A stretch of 64,000 bases of DNA from Felis catus (lineage: Eukaryota). The notes beneath the pieces are model-generated. The model was not told the origin of the DNA. It searched no databases and saw nothing but the letters and a program-made list of their open reading frames with translations. The stretch lies in contig NC_058368.1 in NCBI RefSeq assembly GCF_018350175.1, positions 90,708,001-90,772,000 on the forward strand. The letters are read 5' to 3'. Each line of letters opens with the position of its first letter. Position 1 is the first letter of the stretch. This document shows, one piece after another, positions 48,901 through 60,820 of the stretch. The position numbers were made by a program, and so were the translations under genes.

Positions 48901-49689
48901 GTGTTCCAGACCCTTCTGGAGCCACTGCCCTATTTCTCATGGGCAGAGGTCCAAGCTTGTTAGCTCAGCATTCGAGGCCCTGTCGTGCTGTCCTCTGGGG
49001 TCAGCCACGTTCCCTTTGTGTTTCTTGTTATGTGGAGCTGTTTGTAAGGCCAGAATACCCCCTGGCCTCACCCCACTGCAGCCTTGCATGTCTTGCAGTT
49101 CCCTGGGGAAGGTGGGCCAAGCACATACGTCCCAGTGGGCTGACACCTTTCACATTGCCTCTTGGTCACAGCTCAGTGTGGGAAAGAGAGCTGTTTGGGG
49201 AACCTGTCCAAGACTCCTCAGCCAGTTGCACCTGCCTTGCTGGATCATGGGGTGGAGGCCCAGAGGCCCTGGCCCTCCAGACAAACATACCATCTGTGTC
49301 ATCTGTGGGGACTTCAGCCATGTTGCCTTCCTCAGGAGGAGCGCAGGGCGTGGCTGAGGGCTGCTGGCCCCGATGGCAGAGCTGACCCCAAACCTGGGCT
49401 GTGGCGGGGTAGACACCGTGGGTGGTAGACAAGCTGGCCTAGGAGCCCTGCAGGACCCACACCCTCAGGCCAGGTGAAGTGTTGCCTGGGCCCTGGTGGC
49501 CAGGCTTCTCATTCTCTCAGGGTTCATGCTGCTGACCCGTGTCTCCCACCAGCTTCAGAACAGATCAAGGGATAGAGCTGGACTGAATGCCTCTCTGTGG
49601 CCCACAGAGGGAGCAGAGAGAGGCCCAAAGAGGGAAGGGGAGAGTGAGAGGAGCAAAGCTAGCATCTTTTCAGTGATTGCCATTTGCTA

Positions 49690-49855
49690 GGAACTGTGGT
49701 GAAGTCTCATCCACTTGACTGGACAATCCATGAGGTGGGTACTGCTACCATCCCCATTTTACAGAGGGGGACACTGAAGCACAGAGAGGTTAAGTGATTC
49801 CCCCAGAAGTACACAGCTGTGCAGCCAGAACCCTGGTGTGTCAGATTTAAAACCA
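49690..49855 (-). mobile_element. MIR
   Basis: atccccattttacagaggggacactgaagcacagagaggttaagtgattc. Confidence 0.85.
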
Positions 49856-49957
49856 CTCACTTGGTTGTTACCTGGAGGTTGGAGCCAGGAGAGAGAGATG
49901 ACTTCCATGTCTTCACCTGGAATTGGAGAGGGCTGGGATACTTGGTTGCCTTCATTT

Positions 49958-50315
49958 CCATCCACCATCCATCCATCCATCCATCCATCATTCTTTCCTT
50001 CCTCACATCCATTTTTTTCTGCCCATCCATCCAGCCAGTCATCCGTTCATCCATCCATCCACCATCCATCCATTCATCCATCCATTGTTCCTTCCTTCCT
50101 TCTTCCTTCCTTGCATCCATCCATCCATTCACCCACCCATCCATTCCTTCTTTCCTCACATCCATCTTTTTTCTGCCCATCCATCCATCCATCCATCCCT
50201 CCATCGTTCCTTCCTTCCTCGCTTCCATCTTTATTCCATGCATCCATCCATCCATCCATCCATCCACCATCCATCCACCATCTGTTCATCCATCCACCAT
50301 CCATCCATCCATCCC
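49958..50315. repeat. (CATC)n/(CTTC)n compound repeat
   Basis: Direct read; followed by L2-like caagcattattgagc. Confidence 0.95.
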
Positions 50316-51632
50316 TACAAGCATTATTGAGCTTTTATCACACACCAGGTCCCATGATGGGTACAGGGAGCCCAGACATGAATTGGGCCCTGTCTTTGCC
50401 CATGGGACTCCCAGGTGGGCAAAAAAACCAAATAGAGGCATTCAGAGCTGGGGAGACCTGGAGGGATGCTTGGGTCACACTGGGCCTGGTTTCCCTGGAA
50501 GAGGTGCAATAGTAGGGCCGGCTCTGACCCTCCACTCTGGGAGGTGCCTTGGTGGTGAGTGCTGGGTGGCCATGGCCTGGCATGCTCTCTTTCTTCCCTC
50601 TCAGTCCTCCCCATTGACTCCATATATGTTTCCGTCCCTTTGCTTGCTGACAGGATGTCTGCACTGGGGACACTGGTCTCTGTTGTCTCTGTTTTTCAAG
50701 GCCACAATGAGGTTCTCCAATAGCACACCTACCACCTATTCCCATAGGAACAGCTTCCCAAGATCACCCACTGTCTGCTCGGGGGAGGGGGGGGCTCATT
50801 TCGAGATGGTGTATGCTGGGCTCCCTTAAGTTTACCATGTCAATAAGTCAGCAAGACTTGGATGAGTGCCCCTGGAGGCTATGGCTGTTTATTTGGGCCT
50901 GGGACTGGGTGGGTTGGCCTGGGGACTAGGGAAGAGTCTAGAGGATTGGGGGCCCTGCAGAGATCCTAAGAGAAGGATTTGTGCTGGCGTCTTGATACTG
51001 GGGACAGTGAGTGGGTGGAAGTTCCTCATTTTCAGGAGCCTCAGGGAAGGGTATGGGGACCATGGCAGCATCTCCTCAGTGGGGTGGACAACGTGTCATG
51101 ACACCCACCCTGCTGGCCTCTCCCCACTAAGGCTGACTCCAGGAGTGCCTGCATCAGGCCCGGCTCCTGGGGGCTGGCAAAGGAACTCAGTGACTTGTGG
51201 AGGTTGGCCTGAGAGATATCTGGCAGCTAACCTGGCCAATGGAGAGGGGTGGTTGGATGACAGGGATGGGGCATGGAGCTGTCTGGACTGGAAGGTGAGG
51301 CCTGGTGATGAGATGCTATAGCAGGTCATGGGGCCTTCAGATTAGTGGGAGGTCGGCCTAGGACCAGGTGGCCTCAGGTCACCAGACCGAGGGGCACCTG
51401 ACATGGAGAAGACCATCAGGGCTTTTAGGACAGGGGGCTGGTCCTAGGCTGCACACACACAGACATGACAGGTGACAGATGAAGGGGACACAGGACTGGG
51501 GTGTGGTGGGGGATGTCAGGGAAAGTGCCCCCCAAAGGGACAGAACTGGGGTGTCCAGGGAGGGGAGGAAGGTCACAGATAGTGCTTCAGAGGAGCAGAG
51601 CAGTGTTGTGGGGAGAGAGCAGAGGCTGGAGG

Positions 51633-52169
51633 TGACTGGAGGCTGAATCGTGGCCCTCTCCACCATGTTTCCATGTCCTAATCCCTGGAGCCTTTGCATA
51701 TTATCTTAAATGTGGTGAAAGAGACTTTGCAGATGTGATTACATTAAGGATCTGGAGATGGGGAGATTATCCTGGATTACGAGGATCGGCCCTAAATGTA
51801 ATTATCAAGTGTCCTTGTAAGAGGGGACGAGGGGGAAATTGGACTGTAGAAGAAGGAGATGTGGGGCTAGAAGCAGAGACAGGACTGCATCAAAGCAGTG
51901 GGATCTTTTCAAAGCAAAGAGTGACCCTTGGTGAAGATGGAGGGAGGAGCCTTAGGCCAGGGCAGCTTGGGGCACGGCAAACAAGGTAAGGAAGTCGATT
52001 ATTCTTCCCTAGAGCCTCCAGAAGGAACCAGTCTCCTGATGCCTTGACGTTAGCCCAGTGATACTAATTTTGGATTTCTGGCTTCCAGAACCATAAGAGG
52101 ATAAATCTGTGTTGTTTTAAGCCACTGAACTTGTGGAGATTCATTGCAGTGGCAATAGGAAACAAGTAC
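51633..52169 (+). mobile_element. MLT1D-like LTR
   Basis: tgtcctaatccctggagcc...gactttgcagatgtgattacattaagg...ccctagagcctccagaaggaac...gcaataggaaacaagtac. Confidence 0.9.
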
Positions 52170-52734
52170 GGTGACTGTGCTCAGGTTGAGCCAACAGTGC
52201 GGCAAGGTCACATTAGAAGAGGCAGAGAACCAGTACAGTGGAGGACGTGATTCTCCTTTGTGCACTCTGCTGGGATCTTAGTATGTGGATGTCCGTTCTG
52301 GACTCCTCACTCTGAGAGGGACAGCAACAAGTTAGAGGAGAATGGCCACTTTTTGGGGGTATTTGCCCAGTCTGTCTTCTCTGAGAACTGCTCCCCATGT
52401 CTCCTAAGGATGGGCCAGGACAGCTAAGTTTATGCCACATGGTCCTGTTGCCTTGGCCGCACTTGGTCAAGGCAGGGTGGACAACTGACCCCCGCTCAGC
52501 CAAGCAGATTCTGTCTCCTGAGCGGTCTGTAATTGAAGCAGATTCTTGTTGCATCTGGGCTAGTTGATGAACCAAGGTCACATGAACTCATGCCCCAGGG
52601 CAGCTGTCCTGCATCACACACCCAGAGAGGTGGCAGGACAAAGGGACTGAGGGTGATGTGCCGTGAGCTGCCCTCGGCCCTCAGACGCGTAGCCATTAAT
52701 TTGTTGATAATAACCTCTTACCTTTTTTTCCTTT

Positions 52735-53275
52735 GCAATTTTTTATTGACACAGAATTCATATAGTAACAAAATTCACTGCCTTCAAGCATCCAATTCAG
52801 TGGGTTTTAGTATATTCATCATGTTGTGCAGACATTACCACTATTTAATTCCAGAACATTTTCGCCATCCCCAAGAATCTCTGTATCCATCAGCAGTCAC
52901 TCCCCGTCTCCTCCTCCCCCAGCCCCTGACACCCATGTCATGTGCTTTCTGTCTCTGGATTTTCCTATTCTGGACACTTCGTATAAATGGAACCATACAG
53001 CACTTGGCCTTCACTGAGCGCAAGATTCTCAAGGTTCATCGTGTTACAGCCTGTGTCACTGCTTCACTCTTTTTTATGGCTGAATAATATTCCATCGGGT
53101 GGCTCTGGCGCATTTTATTATCTGTTCATCAGCTGGAGGGCATTTGACTTGGGTCTCCTTTTTGTCTACTTTGAACAACACCTGAGTTTCTATGTGAGCG
53201 GGTTTTTGGTTCTCTTGGGTAGATTCCTAGGACCGGAATTGCTAGGTCCTGTGCTAACTGTGCTTAACTTTCTGT
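52735..53275 (-). mobile_element. L1MB-like 3' end
   Basis: aattcagtgggttttagtatattca...ctttctgtctctggattttcctattctggacacttcgtataaatgg. Confidence 0.88.
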
Positions 53276-53404
53276 CCTCTCAGCTTGTGAATGTCAGTGA
53301 GCTCCACGGCGCACTCTTCCTTCTCGTTTCTGACATTGTTTTCTTGTGTCTTCTCCGTTGGTTTCTCGCTCATGTCTACAGGGTTTATCAGTTTGATTTT
53401 GCTT

Positions 53405-54150
53405 TTTAAAATTTATTTAAAAATTTTTAATGTTTGTTTATTTTTGAGAGGGAGACAGAGCACGAGTCGGGGTGGGGGGGTCGTGCAGAGCGCATGGGAG
53501 ACACAGAATCCGAAGCAGGCTCCAGGCTGTGAGCTGTCAGCCAGGAGTGGGGCTTGAGATGTGGGGCTCAAACTCACGAATGGTGAGATCATGACCTGAG
53601 CCTGAGTCGGATGCTTAACCAACTGGGCCACCCAGGCGCCCCTATTTTGCTTTTTTGAAAAATGTTTATTTATTTATTTTGAGAAAGAAAGTCCGATGGG
53701 GGAAGGACAAAGAGAGAGAGGGAGAGAGAATCCCAAGCAGGCTCTGTGCTGTCAGCGCTGAGCCTGATGCATGGCTTGATCCCATGAACCATGAGATCAT
53801 GACCTGAACTAAAATCAAGAGTCGATGCCCAATTGACTGAGCCACCCAGGCACCCCAATATTATCTTTCTTTTTAAAGAACCAGCTTTTGGCTTAGCGGA
53901 TCCTCTTTACTGGATGCCTTAAAATGTTAAGTAGTGGGGGTGCTTGGCTGGCTCAGTCAGTTAAGCCTCGGACTCTTGATTTCAGCTCAGGTCATGATCT
54001 TACAGTTTCAGGAGTTTGAGCCCCACATCAGGCTCTGTGCTGATAGTGTGGAGCCTGTTTGGGATTCTCTCTCTCTCTCCTGTCTCTCTGGCCCTCCCCC
54101 ACTCATGCTTACTCTGTCTCTCTCAAAATAAATAAATAAACTTCAAAAAA
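53405..54150. mobile_element. three Can-SINEs (53405-53642 -, 53650-53856 -, 53936-54150 +) in decayed antisense L1
   Basis: Bodies recognisable; spacer tttaaagaaccagcttttgg is L1 ORF2 antisense. Confidence 0.93.
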
Positions 54151-54497
54151 GAGTTATGTAGCATGTATCTGTATTTTTACCATCTCTTTCTTTTTGGTTT
54201 CTTTGGTTCATTTTGCTGTTATTTTCAGCCTTGCCTTTTGTAATACTTGTGTTCAAAACTGTGTTTCCCAGTAAGCATGACTTCAGCTGCAATCTCCCCA
54301 GCTTTGAGATGTGGTATTTTTGTTACCACTACGTTCAGCATATTTTCTAGCTCACATTGTGATTTGTTTTCTTTGATCTAAAAATTATTTTAAGATGTAT
54401 TTTTCAGTTTTCAAACAGCAGGTCCTGGCCTCAATCCCCTCGCAAAGCTATCAAAGTGTCACCCAGGGCCTCGGCTGCCTTCTCTGGAAGCAGCAAA

Positions 54498-55107
54498 CGT
54501 ATTTGTTTTCTATGCCGTGTTCTAATCACAACAAATTTAGCAGCTTACAACAACACCTGTTCATTAGCTCACAGGTGCGTAGGTCAGAGGACTGTGTTCT
54601 CTGCTCTGGGTCTCACCAGACCGAAAGCAGGGTGTCAGACAGGCTGCATCTCACCTGGAGCTCAGTGTCGGCTTTCAAGCTCATTCAGGTCATTGGCAGA
54701 ATTTAATTCCTTGCATCTGTAGGTCTGAGGTCCCTGTTTCCTTGTTGGCTGTCAGCTAGGGGCTGCTGTCAGCCCCTACAGGCTGCCTGCCTCTCTTGCC
54801 ATAGGCCTCCTTCATCTTCCAAGCTAGCAAAAGAGAATCTCCCCCATGCTGAATCTCTCTCACACTTAGAATCTCCTTTGCCAGGAAGAATGCTGTTCCC
54901 TCTAATGGCTCACCTGATTAGGTCAGGCCCACCTGGGAGAATCTGCATACCATAAGATCGGCTGATTTGGGACACTAATCACACTGGCCAAATCATTCCT
55001 CAGAAGTGCCTAGCTGGACATTTATATTTGATTAAATAACCTGAAGAAGGTGTGTGTTCACCAGCGGGGAGGGGTCTTGGAGCTGACTTAGAATTCTGGC
55101 TACCACA
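54498..55107 (-). mobile_element. MLT1E-like LTR
   Basis: acaaatttagcagcttacaacaacac...aagctcattcaggtcattggcagaattt...ttagaattctggctaccaca. Confidence 0.85.
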
Positions 55108-55189
55108 TAATCCTAAACCTTGGGTTCACTTCCCGGGTCTCCAACCTCCCTCAGGATATGCTGTCCCAGTTCAGGAATTAAAAAAAAAA

Positions 55190-55398
55190 AATTATTTATT
55201 TATTCTGAGAAGGAGAGAGAGAGAGCGAGCGAGCACAAGAGGGGGTGGGGCAGAGAGAAGGAGAGACAGAATCCCAAGTAGGCTCTGTGCCATTAGTGCA
55301 GAGCCTGATGAGGGGCTTGAACTCACAAACAGTGAGATCATGACCTGAGCCGAGATCAAGAGTTGGATGCTTAACCGAGTGAGCCACCCAGGCGCCCC
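55190..55398 (-). mobile_element. Can-SINE
   Basis: TSD caggaatt. Confidence 0.95.
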
Positions 55399-55529
55399 AG
55401 GAATTCTTCATTATCTTCTTAGCTTTCTGACGTATCCTGACAGATTTCAAAATATTTGGTCCAGTTCTGCTTTTCCTCAGTGAGATGGTTGGTCCAAATG
55501 ACATACTCACCACTATAGATATCAGAACC

Positions 55530-57960
55530 TCTTCTTTTCCTGATTAAAAACCAAACCAAACCAAACCCTAAATCCTCAGGAATAAAAGAAAAAATTCCTT
55601 TGCTTGATAAAGGATGTCTGTGAGATATCTAAAGCAGATAGCATATCTAATGGTGAATTTTTTTTTAAATTTTATTTATGATGTTTATTTATGTTTGAGA
55701 GAGAGGGACCGAGTGCAAGCGGGGGAGGGGCAGAGAGAGAAGAAGAATCCCAGGCAGGCTCCAGGCTCTAAGCTGTCGGCACAGAGCCCGACTCGGGGCT
55801 CGAACTCATGAACCATGAGATCATGACCTGAGCTGAAGTCAGATGCTCAACCGACTGAGCCACCCAGGCACCCCTCTAATGGTGAAACATTAGGCCAATT
55901 CCTATTAAAAGTCCAAATTGAGATAAATTCAAGGTCTTTGTCACTGCTTCAGCTGACACACAGAGCCTTGGCAATAAAGAAGCTAAAGTTGCAAAGGAAG
56001 AGAATAGAAACTGTCATTATTGTAGTTGGATATGACCCTCTACCTAGAAAGTCCAAGAAGATTCAATCACCTGTCAAATTATAAGAGCTAATTAGAGAGT
56101 CCAGCAAGGTGGCAAACTAGATCAACACGAAGAGCAGTAGCGTTCCTCACTGCAGTAATAACTAATTAAAAACATAATAGAAACAAGCTGCCAGTTACAG
56201 GAGCCTCAGAATCTGGAGAATGCCTGAGAATGAACCTGAGCCACTGCGGGAGGATTCAAATGTTGGAAATCTCAAAACCTTGCAGAGGAGCACAACGGAA
56301 AATCTCAGTCAATGATGAGAAATATCACTTTCAACGTGGAAATATCCAATGTTCCGAAGGCTTCATTCTCAGATTAATGTAGGTTCAGTGAAAATCTCAA
56401 TCAAAGTCTCAGTAGGGGGGAATTTGTCATGAAGCTCATTAAACTGATCCCATAATTCATAAGGAAGACAACATGGTCAAGAATAATGAAGTGTTTTTTT
56501 AAACTTAAAAAATTTTTTATCTATTTATTTATGTTAATGTTTATTTATATTTGAGAGAAGGCAGGGAGGGGCAGAGAGAGAGGGAGACAGAATCAGAAGC
56601 AGGCTCCAGGCTCCAAGCTGTCAGCACAGAGCCTGATGCGGGGCTTGAACCCATGAACTGTGAGATCATGACCTGAGCTAAAGTTGGATGCTTAACCAAT
56701 CAAGCCACTCTAAACTTTTTTTTTTTTAAGTTAAAGCTTATTTATTTTGAGAGAGCACGCGAGCAGGGTAGGGGCAGAGAGTGGGAGAGAGAGAATCCCA
56801 AGCAGGCTCCCCTTGACATGGGGGGTCAAACCCATGAACCTTGAGATCATGACCTGAGCCAAAATCAAGAGTCAGACTCCCAGGCAGCCCAGAATGAAGT
56901 ATTTTGGAAAAAGAATATCAATGGATTCTTCCAGGGGTCTCTAGAACGCTGGGTTCTCTAGAGCTTGAAATAGTGTGGTGTTGGCACATGAAACAGAACA
57001 TACCTGGGGCTTGGTTGATGATCCAGAATGATCCAGAATGATCTATACACCTATGAGAATTTGGTGCAAGACAGAAATGGCATTTCCAATCAGTGGGAAG
57101 ACCTTTTCCCCCTTTTTTTAATAAATAGGGAAAATTGGTTCTTTGTATCAGTCAGGGCATACTCAGAAGAGTATTTAAAATAGAAGGAGGGATGTCTGGC
57201 TGGCTCAGTCAGCAGAGCATGAGACCCTTGATCTCAGGGTCATGAGTTAAGCCCCACATTGGGCATGCAGCCTACTTAAAAGAAAATAAAATGGAAAGAA
57301 TGGATGCAGGATACTGGTTTGCAAGGCTGATGGGGGAGCTGAGAAGCCAGCAAGAGCCAGAGAGGCAGGTTCACTGGCCTAGGTTGGGGGAGAAAAGCGA
57401 GTTGAGGTCAGCTGGTGGAGGTTGGGAGCACAGTGGGCTTACCCAGGGATAGCTGTAGCCATGCAGTGGGTGTGGTTCTTTCCAGAGTGGCCAGCTGGGC
57501 AAAGGGGAAGGGGAGGGGCACCCTGCTGGGCTTTCCTTCTGCCCTCATCTCCTGCTATGCTCGGCCTATGTGGGCCGAGCCCAGCCAGACACCAGGAGAC
57601 ACACAGTGGCCTAGGAAATGCAGCCCGTAGGGTCGGCTCCCCATGGGGCAGGGCTAAACTGGGGAAGGGCTGGGATGGAACTGGAGGCAAACAGTCCAAG
57701 ACAGGTGAACCATCCTCAGGAGAAAAAATAAAGTTTGATCCTTATTTCATGGCTTAGAAAAAAAGAATTCCATATCAGTCAAAGACCTAATGGAAGCAAC
57801 GAAAGAATGGAAGTATTAAAGGAAATATAGGAGAACACGGTTATGACCTTGGTGCACATAATGCTTTAACGAACACATAAATGAAAAATCAACCATAAAA
57901 GAGAGCCTACAATTTATTTATTTATTTATTTTTTATTTATTTATTTATTTATTTATATTT

Positions 57961-57994
<34 letters not shown>

Positions 57995-58008
57995 GAGTTG
58001 GGGAGAGG

Positions 58009-58046
<38 letters not shown>

Positions 58047-59470
58047 CTTAAGCAGACTTCATGCTCAGCATGGAGCCTAACGCAGGGCTCAATTCCACAA
58101 TGGTGAGATCATGACCTGAGCTGAAATCAAGAGTCAGATGCTCAACTGACTGAGCCACCCAGGCACCCCAAAGGCTACAATTTATAATGTGAAACCGAAA
58201 ATCTTCTTTATGACCAAAGATGCCATTAACAAATGTAAACCATGACAGGAGAAAATCTTTGCAACATATAAAAAAAGACAAAGGATTAATACTAGAATAT
58301 GTAAGCAGTTCTACAAATCAATAATAAAAAGACAAAGCAAACCAAACAAAAAAGTGGCAAGTCCAAAAAGAGAAAATTCAAGCAATTTATTTTATTTTAT
58401 TTTATTTTATTTTATTTTAGACACCGAGAGAGAACACGAGCAGGGGAGAGGGGAAGAGGGAGAGAGAAAGAATCCAAAGCAGGCTCTATGCTTAGCGCAG
58501 AGCCTGACGTAGGGCTTGATCCCATGACACTGGGATCATGACTTGAGCTGAAACCAAGAGTCGAACACTCAACTGACTGAGCCACCCAGGTGCCCCTCTG
58601 TCGCGACCGGCGCGACAAACACCGAGGTCAGGGTCCTGAGGGTAGGGGAATGCAAGAAAAAAAGAGAGAAGAGAAAGTTTGGGAACAGGAGGGTCCCCTG
58701 GGCTGATGGCCCAAGTGACGGCTTTATTGTTGCTGTACACAATCTTTTATAACCAGACTCTTATGGGTTAGGTCATTCTAAGAATAAACAGGTTTCACAT
58801 AATTGCTGCCCACCAAAACATTTAGTTCTGTGTTTCTTGTGCATTTTCTAGATGGGTCACAAGACCTTGTTGATAAGATTGCTAGCAAAACACAATTCCC
58901 ATGTTTGTTTCTATCTGACTCGGGGTAGAAAAAGGGAGGTAGCATTACTGCCAACACCTGCAGACCACAGTCTTCAGGAATTAACTTTCTCAGCCTTGAC
59001 AAGGCTTTCGTATGCCCTTGAAAATGGGGGAATGGGAGGGGGAACCACCGGGTTGGCTTGAGTCAACGGGGAACATTGCTCGACCCGGTCTCAGCCTGGC
59101 ACCGGGGCCCGGTCCCCCACACCCCTCAAGCAATTTTTTTTAAGTTTATTTATTTTGAGAGGCAGGGAAGGGGCAGAGAGAGGGAGAAAGAGAAAATCTC
59201 AAGCAGGCTCTGCACTGTCAGAGCAGAGCCAGATGCGGGGCTCCAACTCACAAACTGTGAGATCATAGCCTGAGCTGAAATCAAGAGTCAGACACTTAAC
59301 TGACTGAGTCACCTAGGCACTCCAAAAATTCAGGCAATTCTAAGGTAGGAAACTATGAACAGAATGATAGCCAATATGACTACCTATTGGGAAAATACAA
59401 ATTAAAACAACAGTGAGATACTGTGTTAGGTAAATACAAAGGCTGAAGTAAAAATTGCTGGCAAGAATGT
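55530..59470 (+). mobile_element. very old L1 ORF2 fragments hosting many later insertions (SINEs 55657-55874, 56495-56891 x2, 57912-58169, 58389-58596, 59137-59323 all -; 57188-57290 +)
   Basis: taatggtgaaacatt, ctctacctagaaagtccaagaagattc, aaagtttgatccttatttca, gaaaatacaaattaaaacaacagtgagatac are collinear with L1 ORF2. Confidence 0.75.
58599..59121 (-). mobile_element. young class II (betaretrovirus/ERVK-like) solo LTR, 523 bp
   Basis: TG...CA termini; perfect 6-bp TSD cccctc at 58593-58598 and 59122-59127; minus-strand TATAAAA at 58745-58751 and AATAAA at 58723-58728; CpG-rich. Confidence 0.9.
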
Positions 59471-59965
59471 GTGATGGAGGCTGAAACATGCCTCTATCTC
59501 CCACGTCCCTTTATTCAATAGTGACCAGACTCCACATTTTCAGTTGCACACAGGGCCTCCCAGAATAAAGGCTGCATTTTACTGCCTCCTTTGCAACCAG
59601 GTATGGCCACGTGACTAGGTTCAGGCATTGACACGTAAGGAGAAGGGTGGAGGGGCAATTTATGGCTCCTTCCTTGAAAGATAGCCAATGGGTACTTTTG
59701 CCCCTTCTTTGTCCTTTCCTCCTTCCTAATGTTGGAATGCAGCTGTGATGGCTGGAACCACAGCATCAATCAGGAGATCTGAGGAAAGGAGACCAGGCAT
59801 GATGGAGTCACCAGCCCGGTTCCTGGGGACATTGGGGGGAGCAGAGCTACTAAGAAGCCCTAGCTTGCCAACCTCTGGGTTTTTATGTGAGAGAGGCCTG
59901 CACTTCTATCTTGTTTGTTTTAAGTTCCCATTACTCATAGACAAATTGATTCCTAAGTGGTGCAG
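59470..59965 (+). mobile_element. MLT1J-like LTR
   Basis: gcctcctttgcaaccaggtatggccacgtgactaggttc...gtgatggctggaaccacagc. Confidence 0.75.
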
Positions 59966-59973
59966 GGCATAGA

Positions 59974-60057
59974 TATTATGGGCTGAATTTTGTCTTCTAC
60001 CCAAATTCGTATGTTGAAGTCTTTTTTTTTTTAATCTTTTAAAAATGTTTATTCATT

Positions 60058-60092
<35 letters not shown>

Positions 60093-60540
60093 ACAGGGGA
60101 GGGGCAGAGAGAGGCAGACAGAGTCGGAAGCAGGTTCTGAGCTATCAGCAAAGAGCCCAACGCGGGGCTCGAACTCACAAACCGTGAGATCACGACCTGA
60201 GCCAAAGTCCAAGTCTTAACTGACTGAGACACCCAGGCACTCCCATGTGTTGAAGTCTTAGCCCCTACTACCTCAGAATGTGACTGTGTCCTGATGATCG
60301 GTGTCCTTATAACAGGAGGAGATCAGGACACAGATGCACCCAGAGGGACGACCATGTGAGGACGCAAGGAAAAGGTGGCTTATCTACAAGCCAAGGAGAA
60401 AGGCCTGGGGAGAAACCAATCCTGCAGACATCTTGATCTTGGACTTCTGGGCTCCAAGACTGTGAGAAAGGAGATTTCTATTGTTGGAGCACCTCACCCT
60501 GAGGTACTTTGCTGTGGGCAGCCTGAGCAGACAACAGGCA
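59974..60540 (+). mobile_element. MLT1A/B-like LTR with SINE at 60021-60244(-)
   Basis: tatgggctgaattttgtc..tatgttgaagtc|ttagccc..ctacaagccaaggagaaaggcc..gcagcctgagcagac. Confidence 0.9.
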
Positions 60541-60639
60541 TGGGCTCTTCACGGATGTTAAAGCTGCTCTTTTCTACGATCTCATGCCCAGCACCCAGAG
60601 TTGAACTTGCCTCGTGGCAGGTGCTGACGAAATATATAT

Positions 60640-60820
60640 ATTTTTAATGCTTTATTTATTTTGAGAGAAAGCACAAGTGGGGGAGGGGCAGAGAGAGAGG
60701 GGGACAGAGGATCTGAAGCTATCAGCACAGATCCCGACGTGGGGCTTGAACTCACGAACTGAGAGCTCATGACCTGAGCCGAAGTCAGACACTCAACCGA
60801 CTGAGCCACCCAGGCGCCCC
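60640..60820 (-). mobile_element. Can-SINE
   Basis: Body with a small internal deletion. Confidence 0.93.

Noticed and set aside
49819..50829. Longest ORF (336 aa) and overlapping ORFs
   Set aside because: HPSI/MDGW repeats are translations of the stop-free (CATC)n microsatellite; no domain recognised.
52533..53409. 184-aa and 140-aa hydrophobic ORFs
   Set aside because: Mostly translations of an antisense L1MB 3'UTR.
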